Positions 23,412-37,975 of a stretch of DNA of 64,000 bases are shown here, piece by piece. The stretch is taken from NCBI GenBank assembly GCA_964057225.1, contig OZ059895.1:13454001-13518000 (forward strand), read 5' to 3'. The number at the start of each line of letters is the position of its first letter. Position 1 is the stretch's first letter. Made by a program: the position numbers and the translations under genes. The notes beneath the pieces are model-generated. The model was not told the DNA's origin, searched no databases, and worked only from the letters and a program-made list of their open reading frames with translations. Source of the DNA: Auanema rhodensis (lineage: Eukaryota > Animalia > Nematoda).

Positions 23412-23530
23412 GCTTACGACCATACCACGTTGAAAGTACGCCATCCCGTCCGATCTGGCAAGTCAAGCAACGTTGGGCCCGGTTAGTACTTGGATCGGAG
23501 ACGGCTTGGGAATCCCGGGTGCCGTAAGCT
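23412..23530 (+). rRNA. 5S rRNA
   Basis: Full-length. Confidence 0.95.
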
Positions 23531-23940
23531 TTTCAAAATTTTTTAACGATCATACCACGTTGAAAGTACGTCATGCAGCTGATTTTCAATTTTATCTCTT
23601 CAGTAACAAATGTTTTTAATTTTCCAGCAGTTTTACTTAGATAGCTCAACCCGAGGCATCAAAATATCTCCAATCTTATTTCTATATTACAGTTATAAAC
23701 CAGTAGTTTATGAACCTTCATCTTAACTTTACTGTTTCTATCTATTTCCTATTGAAACAAACATTGTTTTAACACTATACAACTGTGAAACCTTTTTTAA
23801 TTTATTGTATTTGGAGCTCATAAGATTTGATATCATCGAGGAATTTAGATGTAACGTAGAAAATTACATAACTAACATGAAATTGGAAAAAAAACAATAA
23901 CGAGGATAAGTATGTAAATCATTGAATATCAGGTATTTTC

Positions 23941-24059
23941 GCTTACGACCATACCACGTTGAAAGTACGCCATCCCGTCCGATCTGGCAAGTCAAGCAAC
24001 GTTGGGCCCGGTTAGTACTTGGATCGGAGACGGCTTGGGAATCCCGGGTGCCGTAAGCT
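23941..24059 (+). rRNA. 5S rRNA
   Basis: Full-length. Confidence 0.95.
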
Positions 24060-25267
24060 TTTCAAAATTTTTTAACGATCATACCACGTTGAAAGTACGC
24101 AATGCAGCTGATTTTCAATTTTATCTCTTCCGTAACAAATGTTTTTAATTTTCCAGCAGTTTTACTTAGATAGCTCAACCCAAGGCATCAAAATATCTTC
24201 AATCTTATTTCTATATTACAGTTATAAACCAGTAGTTTATGAACCTTCATCTTAACTTTACTGTTTCTATCTATTTCCTATTGAAACAAACATTGTTTTA
24301 ACACTATACAACTGTGAAACCTTTTTTAATTTATTGTATTTGGAGCTAATAAGATTTGATATCATCGAGGAATTTAGATGTAACGTAGAAAATTACATAA
24401 CTAACATGAAATTGGAAAAAAAACAATAACGAGGATAAGTATGTAAATCATTGAATATCAGATTTTTTCGCTTACGACCATACCACGTTGAAAGTACGCC
24501 ATGCAGCTGATTTTCAATTTTATCTCTTCCGTAACAAATGTTTTTAATTTTCCAGCAGTTTTACTTAGATAGCTCAACCCAAGGCATCAAAATATCTTCA
24601 ATCTTATTTCTATATTACAGTTATAAACCAGTAGTTTATGAACCTTCATCTTAACTTTACTGTTTCTATCTATTTCCTATTGAAACAAACATTGTTTTAA
24701 CACTATACAACTGTGAAACCTTTTTTAATTTATTGTATTTGGAGCTCATAAGATTTGATATCATCGAGGAATTTAGATGTAACGTAGAAAATTACATAAC
24801 TAACATGAAATTGAAAAAAAAACAATAACGAGGATAAGTATGTAAATCATTGAATATCAGATTTTTTCGCTTACGACCATACCACGTTGAAAGTACGCCA
24901 TGCAGCTGATTTTCAATTTTATCTCTTCCGTAACAAATGTTTTTAATTTTCCAGCAGTTTTACTTAGATAGCTCAACCCAAGGCATCAAAATATCTTCAA
25001 TCTTATTTCTATATTACAGTTATAAACCAGTAGTTTATGAACCTTCATCTTAACTTTACTGTTTCTATCTATTTCCTATTGAAACAAACATTGTTTAAAC
25101 ACTATACAACTGTGAAACCTTTTTTAATTTATTGTATTTGGATCTCATAAGATTTGATATCATCGAGGGATTTAGATGTAACGTAGAAAATTACATAACT
25201 AACATGAAATTGGAAAAAAAACAATAACGAGGATAAGTATGTAAATCATTGAATATCAGGTATTTTC

Positions 25268-25386
25268 GCTTACGACCATACCACGTTGAAAGTACGCCAT
25301 CTCGTCCGATCTGGCAAGTCAAGCAATGTTGGGCCCGGTTAGTACTTGGATCGGAGACGGCTTGGGAATCCCGGGTGCCGTAAGCT
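25268..25386 (+). rRNA. 5S rRNA variant
   Basis: Full-length, two C>T. Confidence 0.9.
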
Positions 25387-26594
25387 TTTCAAATTTTTTT
25401 AACGATCATACCACGTTGAAAGTACGCAATGCAGCTGATTTTCAATTTTATCTCTTCCGTAACAAATGTTTTTAATTTTCCAGCAGTTTTACTTAGATAG
25501 CTCAACCCAAGGCATCAAAATATCTTCAATCTTATTTCTATATTACAGTTATAAACCAGTAGTTTATGAACCTTCATCTTAACTTTACTGTTTCTATCTA
25601 TTTCCTATTGGAACAAACATTGTTTTAACACTATACAACTGTGAAACCTTTTTTAATTTATTGTATTTGGAGCTCATAAGATTTGATATCATCGAGGAAT
25701 TTAGATGTAACGTAGAAAATTACATAACTAACATGAAATTGGAAAAAAAACAATAACGAGGATAAGTATGTAAATCATTGAATATCAGATTTTTTCGCTT
25801 ACGACCATACCACGTTGAAAGTACGCCATGCAGCTGATTTTCAATTTTATCTCTTCCGTAACAAATGTTTTTAATTTTCCAGCAGTTTTACTTAGATAGC
25901 TCAACCCAAGGCATCAAAATATCTTCAATCTTATTTCTATATTACAGTTATAAACCAGTAGTTTATGAACCTTCATCTTAACTTTACTGTTTCTATCTAT
26001 TTCCTATTGAAACAAACATTGTTTTAACACTATACAACTGTGAAACCTTTTTTAATTTATTGTATTTGGAGCTCATAAGATTTGATATCATCGAGGAATT
26101 TAGATGTAACGTAGAAAATTACATAACTAACATGAAATTGAAAAAAAAACAATAACGAGGATAAGTATGTAAATCATTGAATATCAGATTTTTTCGCTTA
26201 CGACCATACCACGTTGAAAGTACGCCATGCAGCTGATTTTCAATTTTATCTCTTCCGTAACAAATGTTTTTAATTTTCCAGCAGTTTTACTTAGATAGCT
26301 CAACCCAAGGCATCAAAATATCTTCAATCTTATTTCTATATTACAGTTATAAACCAGTAGTTTATGAACCTTCATCTTAACTTTACTGTTTCTATCTATT
26401 TCCTATTGAAACAAACATTGTTTAAACACTATACAACTGTGAAACCTTTTTTAATTTATTGTATTTGGATCTCATAAGATTTGATATCATCGAGGGATTT
26501 AGATGTAACGTAGAAAATTACATAACTAACATGAAATTGGAAAAAAAACAATAACGAGGATAAGTATGTAAATCATTGAATATCAGGTATTTTC

Positions 26595-26713
26595 GCTTAC
26601 GACCATACCACGTTGAAAGTACGCCATCTCGTCCGATCTGGCAAGTCAAGCAATGTTGGGCCCGGTTAGTACTTGGATCGGAGACGGCTTGGGAATCCCG
26701 GGTGCCGTAAGCT
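26595..26713 (+). rRNA. 5S rRNA variant
   Basis: Full-length, two C>T. Confidence 0.9.
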
Positions 26714-27920
26714 TTTCAAATTTTTTTAACGATCATACCACGTTGAAAGTACGCAATGCAGCTGATTTTCAATTTTATCTCTTCCGTAACAAATGTTTTT
26801 AATTTTCCAGCAGTTTTACTTAGATAGCTCAACCCAAGGCATCAAAATATCTTCAATCTTATTTCTATATTACAGTTATAAACCAGTAGTTTATGAACCT
26901 TCATCTTAACTTTACTGTTTCTATCTATTTCCTATTGAAACAAACATTGTTTAAACACTATACAACTGTGAAACCTTTTTTAATTTATTGTATTTGGAGC
27001 TCATAAGATTTGATATCATCGAGGAATTTAGATGTAACGTAGAAAATTACATAACTAACATGAAATTGAAAAAAAAACAATAACGAGGATAAGTATGTAA
27101 ATCATTGAATATCAGATTTTTTCGCTTACGACCATACCACGTTGAAAGTACGCCATGCAGCTGATTTTCAATTTTATCTCTTCAGTAACAAATGTTTTTA
27201 ATTTTCCAGCAGTTTTACTTAGATAGCTCAACCCAAGGCATCAAAATATCTTCAATCTTATTTCTATATTACAGTTATAAACCAGTAGTTTATGAACCTT
27301 CATCTTAACTTTACTGTTTCTATCTATTTCCTATTGAAACAAACATTGTTTTAACACTATACAACTGTGAAACCTTTTTTAATTTATTGTATTTGGAGCT
27401 CATAAGATTTGATATCATCGAGGAATTTAGATGTAACGTAGAAAATTACATAACTAACATGAAATTGGAAAAAAAACAATAACGAGGATAAGTATGTAAA
27501 TCATTGAATATCAGATTTTTTCGCTTACGACCATACCACGTTGAAAGTACGCCATGCAGCTGATTTTCAATTTTATGTCTTCCGTAACCAATGTTTTTAA
27601 TTTTCCAGCAGTTTTACTTAGATAGCTCAACCCAAGGCATCAAAATATCTTCAATCTTATTTCTATATTACAGTTATAAACCAGTAGTTTATGAACCTTC
27701 ATCTTAACTTTACTGTTTCTATCTATTTCCTATTGAAACAAACATTGTTTAAACACTATACAACTGTGAAACCTTTTTAATTTATTGTATTTGGATCTCA
27801 TAAGATTTGATATCATCGAGGGATTTAGATGTAACGTAGAAAATTACATAACTAACATGAAATTGGAAAAAAAACAATAACGAGGATAAGTATGTAAATC
27901 ATTGAATATCAGGTATTTTC

Positions 27921-28039
27921 GCTTACGACCATACAACGTTGAAAGTACGCCATCCCGTCCGATCTGGCAAGTCAAGCAACGTTGGGCCCGGTTAGTACTT
28001 GGATCGGAGACGGCTTGGGAATCCCGCCTGCCGTAAGCT
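27921..28039 (+). rRNA. 5S rRNA variant (GG>CC)
   Basis: Full-length; CCCGCCTG. Confidence 0.85.
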
Positions 28040-28449
28040 TTTCAAATTTTTTTAACGACCATACCACGTTGAAAGTATGCCATGCAGCTGATTTTCAATT
28101 TTATCTCTTCCGTAACAAATGTTTTTAATTTTCCAGCAGTTTTACTTAGATAGCTCAACCCAAGGCATCAAAATATCTTCAATCTTATTTCTATATTACA
28201 GTTATAAACCAGTAGTTTATGAACCTTCATCTTAACTTTACTGTTTCTATCTATTTCCTATTGAAACAAACATTGTTTAAACACTATACAACTGTGAAAC
28301 CTTTTTTAATTTATTGTATTTGGATCTCATAAGATTTGATATCATCGAGGGATTTAGATGTAACGTAGAAAATTACATAACTAACATGAAATTGGAAAAA
28401 AAACAATAACGAGGATAAGTATGTAAATCATTGAATATCAGGTATTTTC

Positions 28450-28568
28450 GCTTACGACCATACCACGTTGAAAGTACGCCATCCCGTCCGATCTGGCAAG
28501 TCAAGCAACGTTGGGCTCGGTTAGTACTTGGATCGGAGACGGCTTGGGAATCCCGGGTGCCGTAAGCT
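28450..28568 (+). rRNA. 5S rRNA
   Basis: Full-length, one C>T. Confidence 0.92.
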
Positions 28569-29376
28569 TTTCAAATTTTTTTAACGATCATACCACGTTG
28601 AAAGTACGCCATGCAGCTGATTTTCAATTTTATCTCTTCAGTAACAAATGTTTTTAATTTTCCAGCAGTTTTACTTAGATAGCTCAACCCAAGGCATCAA
28701 AATATCTTCAATCTTATTTCTATATTACAGTTATAAACCAGTAGTTTATGAACCTTCATCTTAATTTTACTGTTTCTATCTATTTCCTATTGAAACAAAC
28801 ATTGTTTTAACACTATACAACTGTGAAACCTTTTTTAATTTATTGTATTTGGAGCTGATAAGATTTGATATCATCGAGGAATTTAGATGTAACGTAGAAA
28901 ATTACATAACTAACATGAAATTGAAAAAAAAACAATAACGAGGATAAGTATGTAAATCATTGAATATCAGATTTTTTCGCTTACGACCATACCACGTTGA
29001 AAGTACGCCATGCAGCTGATTTTCAATTTTATCTCTTCCGTAACAAATGTTTTTAATTTTCCAGCAGTTTTACTTAGATAGCTCAACCCAAGGCATCAAA
29101 ATATCTTCAATCTTATTTCTATATTACAGTTATAAACCAGTAGTTTATGAACCTTCATCTTAACTTTACTGTTTCTATCTATTTCCTATTGAAACAAACA
29201 TTGTTTAAACACTATACAACTGTGAAACCTTTTTAATTTATTGTATTTGGATCTCATAAGATTTGATATCATCGAGGGATTTAGATGTAACGTAGAAAAT
29301 TACATAACTAACATGAAATTGGAAAAAAAACAATAACGAGGATAAGTATGTAAATCATTGAATATCAGGTATTTTC

Positions 29377-29495
29377 GCTTACGACCATACCACGTTGAAA
29401 GTACGCCATCCCGTCCGATCTGGCAAGTCAAGCAACGTTGGGCCCGGTTAGTACTTGGATCGGAGACGGCTTGGGAATCCCGGGTGCCGTAAGCT
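29377..29495 (+). rRNA. 5S rRNA
   Basis: Full-length. Confidence 0.95.
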
Positions 29496-29904
29496 TTTCA
29501 AATTTTTTTAACGACCATACCACGTTGAAAGTACGCCATGCAGCTGATTTTCAATTTTATCTCTTCCGTAACAAATGTTTTTAATTTTCCAGCAGTTTTA
29601 CTTAGATAGCTCAACCCAAGGCATCAAAATATCTTCAATCTTATTTCTATATTACAGTTATAAACCAGTAGTTTATGAACCTTCATCTTAACTTTACTGT
29701 TTCTATCTATTTCCTATTGAAACAAACATTGTTTAAACACTATACAACTGTGAAACCTTTTTAATTTATTGTATTTGGATCTCATAAGATTTGATATCAT
29801 CGAGGGATTTAGATGTAACGTAGAAAATTACATAACTAACATGAAATTGGAAAAAAAACAATAACGAGGATAAGTATGTAAATCATTGAATATCAGGTAT
29901 TTTC

Positions 29905-30023
29905 GCTTACGACCATACCACGTTGAAAGTACGCCATCCCGTCCGATCTGGCAAGTCAAGCAACGTTGGGCCCGGTTAGTACTTGGATCGGAGACGGCTT
30001 GGGAATCCCGCCTGCCGTAAGCT
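29905..30023 (+). rRNA. 5S rRNA variant (GG>CC)
   Basis: Full-length. Confidence 0.85.
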
Positions 30024-30433
30024 TTTCAAATTTTTTTAACGACCATACCACGTTGAAAGTACGCCATGCAGCTGATTTTCAATTTTATCTCTTCCGTAAC
30101 AAATGTTTTTAATTTTCCAGCAGTTTTACTTAGATAGCTCAACCCAAGGCATCAAAATATCTTCAATCTTATTTCTATATTACAGTTATAAACCAGTAGT
30201 TTATGAACCTTCATCTTAACTTTACTGTTTCTATCTATTTCCTATTGAAACAAACATTGTTTAAACACTATACAACTGTGAAACCTTTTTTAATTTATTG
30301 TATTTGGATCTCATAAGATTTGATATCATCGAGGGATTTAGATGTAACGTAGAAAATTACATAACTAACATGAAATTGGAAAAAAAACAATAACGAGGAT
30401 AAGTATGTAAATCATTGAATATCAGGTATTTTC

Positions 30434-30552
30434 GCTTACGACCATACCACGTTGAAAGTACGCCATCCCGTCCGATCTGGCAAGTCAAGCAACGTTGGGC
30501 TCGGTTAGTACTTGGATCGGAGACGGCTTGGGAATCCCGGGTGCCGTAAGCT
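30434..30552 (+). rRNA. 5S rRNA
   Basis: Full-length. Confidence 0.92.
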
Positions 30553-31360
30553 TTTCAAATTTTTTTAACGATCATACCACGTTGAAAGTACGCCATGCAG
30601 CTGATTTTCAATTTTATCTCTTCAGTAACAAATGTTTTTAATTTTCCAGCAGTTTTACTTAGATAGCTCAACCCAAGGCATCAAAATATCTTCAATCTTA
30701 TTTCTATATTACAGTTATAAACCAGTAGTTTATGAACCTTCATCTTAACTTTACTGTTTCTATCTATTTCCTATTGAAACAAACATTGTTTTAACACTAT
30801 ACAACTGTGAAACCTTTTTTAATTTATTGTATTTGGAGCTGATAAGATTTGATATCATCGAGGAATTTAGATGTAACGTAGAAAATTACATAACTAACAT
30901 GAAATTGAAAAAAAAACAATAACGAGGATAAGTATGTAAATCATTGAATATCAGATTTTTTCGCTTACGACCATACCACGTTGAAAGTACGCCATGCAGC
31001 TGATTTTCAATTTTATCTCTTCCGTAACAAATGTTTTTAATTTTCCAGCAGTTTTACTTAGATAGCTCAACCCAAGGCATCAAAATATCTTCAATCTTAT
31101 TCCTATATTACAGTTATAAACCAGTAGTTTATGAACCTTCATCTTAACTTTACTGTTTCTATCTATTTCCTATTGAAACAAACATTGTTTAAACACTATA
31201 CAACTGTGAAACCTCTTTTAATTTATTGTATTTGGATCTCATAAGATTTGATATCATCGAGGGATTTAGATGTAACGTAGAAAATTACATAACTAACATG
31301 AAATTGGAAAAAAACAATAACGAGGATAAGTATGTAAATCATTGAATATCAGGTATTTTC

Positions 31361-31479
31361 GCTTACGACCATACCACGTTGAAAGTACGCCATCTCGTCC
31401 GATCTGGCAAGTCAAGCAACGTTGGGCCCGGTTAGTACTTGGATCGGAGACGGCTTGGGAATCCCGGGTGCCGTAAGCT
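31361..31479 (+). rRNA. 5S rRNA
   Basis: Full-length. Confidence 0.92.
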
Positions 31480-32288
31480 TTTCAAATTTTTTTAACGATC
31501 ATACCACGCTGAAAGTACGCCATGCAGCTGATTTTCAATTTTATCTCTTCCGTAACAAATGTTTTTAATTTTCCAGCAGTTTTACTTAGATAGCTCAACC
31601 CAAGGCATCAAAATATCTTCAATCTTATTTCTATATTACAGTTATAAACCAGTAGTTTATGAACCTTCATCTTAACTTTACTGTTTCTATCTATTTCCTA
31701 TTGAAACAAACATTGTTTTAACACTATACAACTGTGAAACCTTTTTTAATTTATTGTATTTGGATCTCATAAGATTTGATATCATCGAGGGATTTAGATG
31801 TAACGTAGAAAATTACATAACTAACATGAAATTGGAAAAAAAACAATAACGAGGATAAGTATGTAAATCATTGAATATCAGATTTTTTCGCTTACGACCA
31901 TACCACGTTGAAAGTACGCCATGCAGCTGATTTTCAATTTTATCTCTTCCGTAACAAATGTTTTTAATTTTCCAGCAGTTTTACTTAGATAGCTCAACCC
32001 AAGGCATCAAAATATCTTCAATCTTATTTCTATATTACAGTTATAAACCAGTAGTTTATGAACCTTCATCTTAACTTTACTGTTTCTATCTATTTCCTAT
32101 TGAAACAAACATTGTTTAAACACTATACAACTGTGAAACCTTTTTTAATTTATTGTATTTGGATCTCATAAGATTTGATATCATCGAGGGATTTAGATGT
32201 AACGTAGAAAATTACATAACTAACATGAAATTGGAAAAAAAACAATAACGAGGATAAGTATGTAAATCATTGAATATCAGGTATTTTC

Positions 32289-32407
32289 GCTTACGACCAT
32301 ACCACGTTGAAAGTACGCCATCTCGTCCGATCTGGCAAGTCAAGCAATGTTGGGCCCGGTTAGTACTTGGATCGGAGACGGCTTGGGAATCCCGGGTGCC
32401 GTAAGCT
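32289..32407 (+). rRNA. 5S rRNA variant
   Basis: Full-length. Confidence 0.9.
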
Positions 32408-33216
32408 TTTCAAATTTTTTTAACGATCATACCACGTTGAAAGTACGCAATGCAGCTGATTTTCAATTTTATCTCTTCCGTAACAAATGTTTTTAATTTT
32501 CCAGCAGTTTTACTTAGATAGCTCAACCCAAGGCATCAAAATATCTTCAATCTTATTTCTATATTACAGTTATAAACCAGTAGTTTATGAACCTTCATCT
32601 TAACTTTACTGTTTCTATCTATTTCCTATTGGAACAAACATTGTTTTAACACTATACAACTGTGAAACCTTTTTTAATTTATTGTATTTGGAGCTCATAA
32701 GATTTGATATCATCGAGGAATTTAGATGTAACGTAGAAAATTACATAACTAACATGAAATTGGAAAAAAAACAATAACGAGGATAAGTATGTAAATCATT
32801 GAATATCAGATTTTTTCGCTTACGACCATACCACGTTGAAAGTACGCCATGCAGCTGATTTTCAATTTTATCTCTTCCGTAACAAATGTTTTTAATTTTC
32901 CAGCAGTTTTACCTAGATAGCTCAACCCAAGGCATCAAAATATCTTCAATCTTATTTCTATATTACAGTTATAAACCAGTAGTTTATGAACCTTCATCTT
33001 AACTTTACTGTTTCTATCTATTTCCTATTGAAACAAACATTGTTTAAACACTATACAACTGTGAAACCTTTTTTAATTTATTGTATTTGGATCTCATAAG
33101 ATTTGATATCATCGAGGGATTTAGATGTAACGTAGAAAATTACATAACTAACATGAAATTGGAAAAAAAACAATAACGAGGATAAGTATGTAAATCATTG
33201 AATATCAGGTATTTTC

Positions 33217-33335
33217 GCTTACGACCATACCACGTTGAAAGTACGCCATCTCGTCCGATCTGGCAAGTCAAGCAATGTTGGGCCCGGTTAGTACTTGGAT
33301 CGGAGACGGCTTGGGAATCCCGGGTGCCGTAAGCT
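33217..33335 (+). rRNA. 5S rRNA variant
   Basis: Full-length. Confidence 0.9.
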
Positions 33336-34542
33336 TTTCAAATTTTTTTAACGATCATACCACGTTGAAAGTACGCAATGCAGCTGATTTTCAATTTTAT
33401 CTCTTCCGTAACAAATGTTTTTAATTTTCCAGCAGTTTTACTTAGATAGCTCAACCCAAGGCATCAAAATATCTTCAATCTTATTTCTATATTACAGTTA
33501 TAAACCAGTAGTTTATGAACCTTCATCTTAACTTTACTGTTTCTATCTATTTCCTATTGAAACAAACATTGTTTAAACACTATACAACTGTGAAACCTTT
33601 TTTAATTTATTGTATTTGGAGCTCATAAGATTTGATATCATCGAGGAATTTAGATGTAACGTAGAAAATTACATAACTAACATGAAATTGAAAAAAAAAC
33701 AATAACGAGGATAAGTATGTAAATCATTGAATATCAGATTTTTTCGCTTACGACCATACCACGTTGAAAGTACGCCATGCAGCTGATTTTCAATTTTATC
33801 TCTTCAGTAACAAATGTTTTTAATTTTCCAGCAGTTTTACTTAGATAGCTCAACCCAAGGCATCAAAATATCTTCAATCTTATTTCTATATTACAGTTAT
33901 AAACCAGTAGTTTATGAACCTTCATCTTAACTTTACTGTTTCTATCTATTTCCTATTGAAACAAACATTGTTTTAACACTATACAACTGTGAAACCTTTT
34001 TTAATTTATTGTATTTGGAGCTCATAAGATTTGATATCATCGAGGAATTTAGATGTAACGTAGAAAATTACATAACTAACATGAAATTGGAAAAAAAACA
34101 ATAACGAGGATAAGTATGTAAATCATTGAATATCAGATTTTTTCGCTTACGACCATACCACGTTGAAAGTACGCCATGCAGCTGATTTTCAATTTTATCT
34201 CTTCCGTAACAAATGTTTTTAATTTTCCAGCAGTTTTACTTAGATAGCTCAACCCAAGGCATCAAAATATCTTCAATCTTATTTCTATATTACAGTTATA
34301 AACCAGTAGTTTATGAACCTTCATCTTAACTTTACTGTTTCTATCTATTTCCTATTGAAACAAACATTGTTTAAACACTATACAACTGTGAAACCTTTTT
34401 AATTTATTGTATTTGGATCTCATAAGATTTGATATCATCGAGGGATTTAGATGTAACGTAGAAAATTACATAACTAACATGAAATTGGAAAAAAAACAAT
34501 AACGAGGATAAGTATGTAAATCATTGAATATCAGGTATTTTC

Positions 34543-34661
34543 GCTTACGACCATACCACGTTGAAAGTACGCCATCCCGTCCGATCTGGCAAGTCAAGCA
34601 ACGTTGGGCCCGGTTAGTACTTGGATCGGAGACGGCTTGGGAATCCCGCCTGCCGTAAGCT
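34543..34661 (+). rRNA. 5S rRNA variant (GG>CC)
   Basis: Full-length. Confidence 0.85.
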
Positions 34662-35071
34662 TTTCAAATTTTTTTAACGACCATACCACGTTGAAAGTAC
34701 GCCATGCAGCTGATTTTCAATTTTATCTCTTCCGTAACAAATGTTTTTAATTTTCCAGCAGTTTTACTTAGATAGCTCAACCCAAGGCATCAAAATATCT
34801 TCAATCTTATTTCTATATTACAGTTATAAACCAGTAGTTTATGAACCTTCATCTTAACTTTACTGTTTCTATCTATTTCCTATTGAAACAAACATTGTTT
34901 AAACACTATACAACTGTGAAACCTTTTTTAATTTATTGTATTTGGATCTCATAAGATTTGATATCATCGAGGGATTTAGATGTAACGTAGAAAATTACAT
35001 AACTAACATGAAATTGGAAAAAAAACAATAACGAGGATAAGTATGTAAATCATTGAATATCAGGTATTTTC

Positions 35072-35190
35072 GCTTACGACCATACCACGTTGAAAGTACG
35101 CCATCCCGTCCGATCTGGCAAGTCAAGCAACGTTGGGCTCGGTTAGTACTTGGATCGGAGACGGCTTGGGAATCCCGGGTGCCGTAAGCT
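35072..35190 (+). rRNA. 5S rRNA
   Basis: Full-length. Confidence 0.92.
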
Positions 35191-35998
35191 TTTCAAATTT
35201 TTTTAACGATCATACCACGTTGAAAGTACGCCATGCAGCTGATTTTCAATTTTATCTCTTCAGTAACAAATGTTTTTAATTTTCCAGCAGTTTTACTTAG
35301 ATAGCTCAACCCAAGGCATCAAAATATCTTCAATCTTATTTCTATATTACAGTTATAAACCAGTAGTTTATGAACCTTCATCTTAACTTTACTGTTTCTA
35401 TCTATTTCCTATTGAAACAAACATTGTTTTAACACTATACAACTGTGAAACCTTTTTTAATTTATTGTATTTGGAGCTGATAAGATTTGATATCATCGAG
35501 GAATTTAGATGTAACGTAGAAAATTACATAACTAACATGAAATTGAAAAAAAAACAATAACGAGGATAAGTATGTAAATCATTGAATATCAGATTTTTTC
35601 GCTTACGACCATACCACGTTGAAAGTACGCCATGCAGCTGATTTTCAATTTTATCTCTTCCGTAACAAATGTTTTTAATTTTCCAGCAGTTTTACTTAGA
35701 TAGCTCAACCCAAGGCATCAAAATATCTTCAATCTTATTTCTATATTACAGTTATAAACCAGTAGTTTATGAACCTTCATCTTAACTTTACTGTTTCTAT
35801 CTATTTCCTATTGAAACAAACATTGTTTAAACACTATACAACTGTGAAACCTTTTTTAATTTATTGTATTTGGATCTCATAAGATTTGATATCATCGAGG
35901 GATTTAGATGTAACGTAGAAAATTACATAACTAACATGAAATTGGAAAAAAACAATAACGAGGATAAGTATGTAAATCATTGAATATCAGGTATTTTC

Positions 35999-36117
35999 GC
36001 TTACGACCATACCACGTTGAAAGTACGCCATCTCGTCCGATCTGGCAAGTCAAGCAACGTTGGGCCCGGTTAGTACTTGGATCGGAGACGGCTTGGGAAT
36101 CCCGGGTGCCGTAAGCT
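35999..36117 (+). rRNA. 5S rRNA
   Basis: Full-length. Confidence 0.92.
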
Positions 36118-37327
36118 TTTCAAATTTTTTTAACGATCATACCACGTTGAAAGTACGCAATGCAGCTGATTTTCAATTTTATCTCTTCCGTAACAAATGT
36201 TTTTAATTTTCCAGCAGTTTTACTTAGATAGCTCAACCCAAGGCATCAAAATATCTTCAATCTTATTTCTATATTACAGTTATAAACCAGTAGTTTATGA
36301 ACCTTCATCTTAACTTTACTGTTTCTATCTATTTCCTATTGAAACAAACATTGTTTAAACACTATACAACTGTGAAACCTTTTTTAATTTATTGTATTTG
36401 GAGCTCATAAGATTTGATATCATCGAGGAATTTAGATGTAACGTAGAAAATTACATAACTAACATGAAATTGAAAAAAAAACAATAACGAGGATAAGTAT
36501 GTAAATCATTGAATATCAGATTTTTTCGCTTACGACCATACCACGTTGAAAGTACGCCATGCAGCTGATTTTCAATTTTATCTCTTCAGTAACAAATGTT
36601 TTTAATTTTCCAGCAGTTTTACTTAGATAGCTCAACCCAAGGCATCAAAATATCTTCAATCTTATTTCTATATTACAGTTATAAACCAGTAGTTTATGAA
36701 CCTTCATCTTAACTTTACTGTTTCTATCTATTTCCTATTGAAACAAACATTGTTTTAACACTATACAACTGTGAAACCTTTTTTAATTTATTGTATTTGG
36801 AGCTCATAAGATTTGATATCATCGAGGAATTTAGATGTAACGTAGAAAATTACATAACTAACATGAAATTGGAAAAAAAAAACAATAACGAGGATAAGTA
36901 TGTAAATCATTGAATATCAGATTTTTTCGCTTACGACCATACCACGTTGAAAGTACGCCATGCAGCTGATTTTCAATTTTATCTCTTCCGTAACAAATGT
37001 TTTTAATTTTCCAGCAGTTTTACTTAGATAGCTCAACCCAAGGCATCAAAATATTTTCAATCTTATTTCTATATTACAGTTATAAACCAGTAGTTTATGA
37101 ACCTTCATCTTAACTTTACTGTTTCTATCTATTTCCTATTGAAACAAACATTGTTTAAACACTATACAACTGTGAAACCTTTTTTAATTTATTGTATTTG
37201 GATCTCATAAGATTTGATATCATCGAGGGATTTAGATGTAACGTAGAAAATTACATAACTAACATGAAATTGGAAAAAAAACAATAACGAGGATAAGTAT
37301 GTAAATCATTGAATATCAGGTATTTTC

Positions 37328-37446
37328 GCTTACGACCATACCACGTTGAAAGTACGCCATCCCGTCCGATCTGGCAAGTCAAGCAACGTTGGGCCCGGTT
37401 AGTACTTGGATCGGAGACGGCTTGGGAATCCCGCCTGCCGTAAGCT
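37328..37446 (+). rRNA. 5S rRNA variant (GG>CC)
   Basis: Full-length. Confidence 0.85.
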
Positions 37447-37856
37447 TTTCAAATTTTTTTAACGATCATACCACGTTGAAAGTACTCAATGCAGCTGATT
37501 TTCAATTTTATCTCTTCCGTAACAAATGTTTTTAATTTTCCAGCAGTTTTACTTAGATAGCTCAACCCAAGGCATCAAAATATCTTCAATCTTATTTCTA
37601 TATTACAGTTATAAACCAGTAGTTTATGAACCTTCATCTTAACTTTACTGTTTCTATCTATTTCCTATTGAAACAAACATTGTTTAAACACTATACAACT
37701 GTGAAACCTTTTTTAATTTATTGTATTTGGATCTCATAAGATTTGATATCATCGAGGGATTTAGATGTAACGTAGAAAATTACATAACTAACATGAAATT
37801 GGAAAAAAAACAATAACGAGGATAAGTATGTAAATCATTGAATATCAGGTATTTTC

Positions 37857-37975
37857 GCTTACGACCATACCACGTTGAAAGTACGCCATCCCGTCCGATC
37901 TGGCAAGTCAAGCAACGTTGGGCTCGGTTAGTACTTGGATCGGAGACGGCTTGGGAATCCCGGGTGCCGTAAGCT
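37857..37975 (+). rRNA. 5S rRNA
   Basis: Full-length. Confidence 0.92.
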
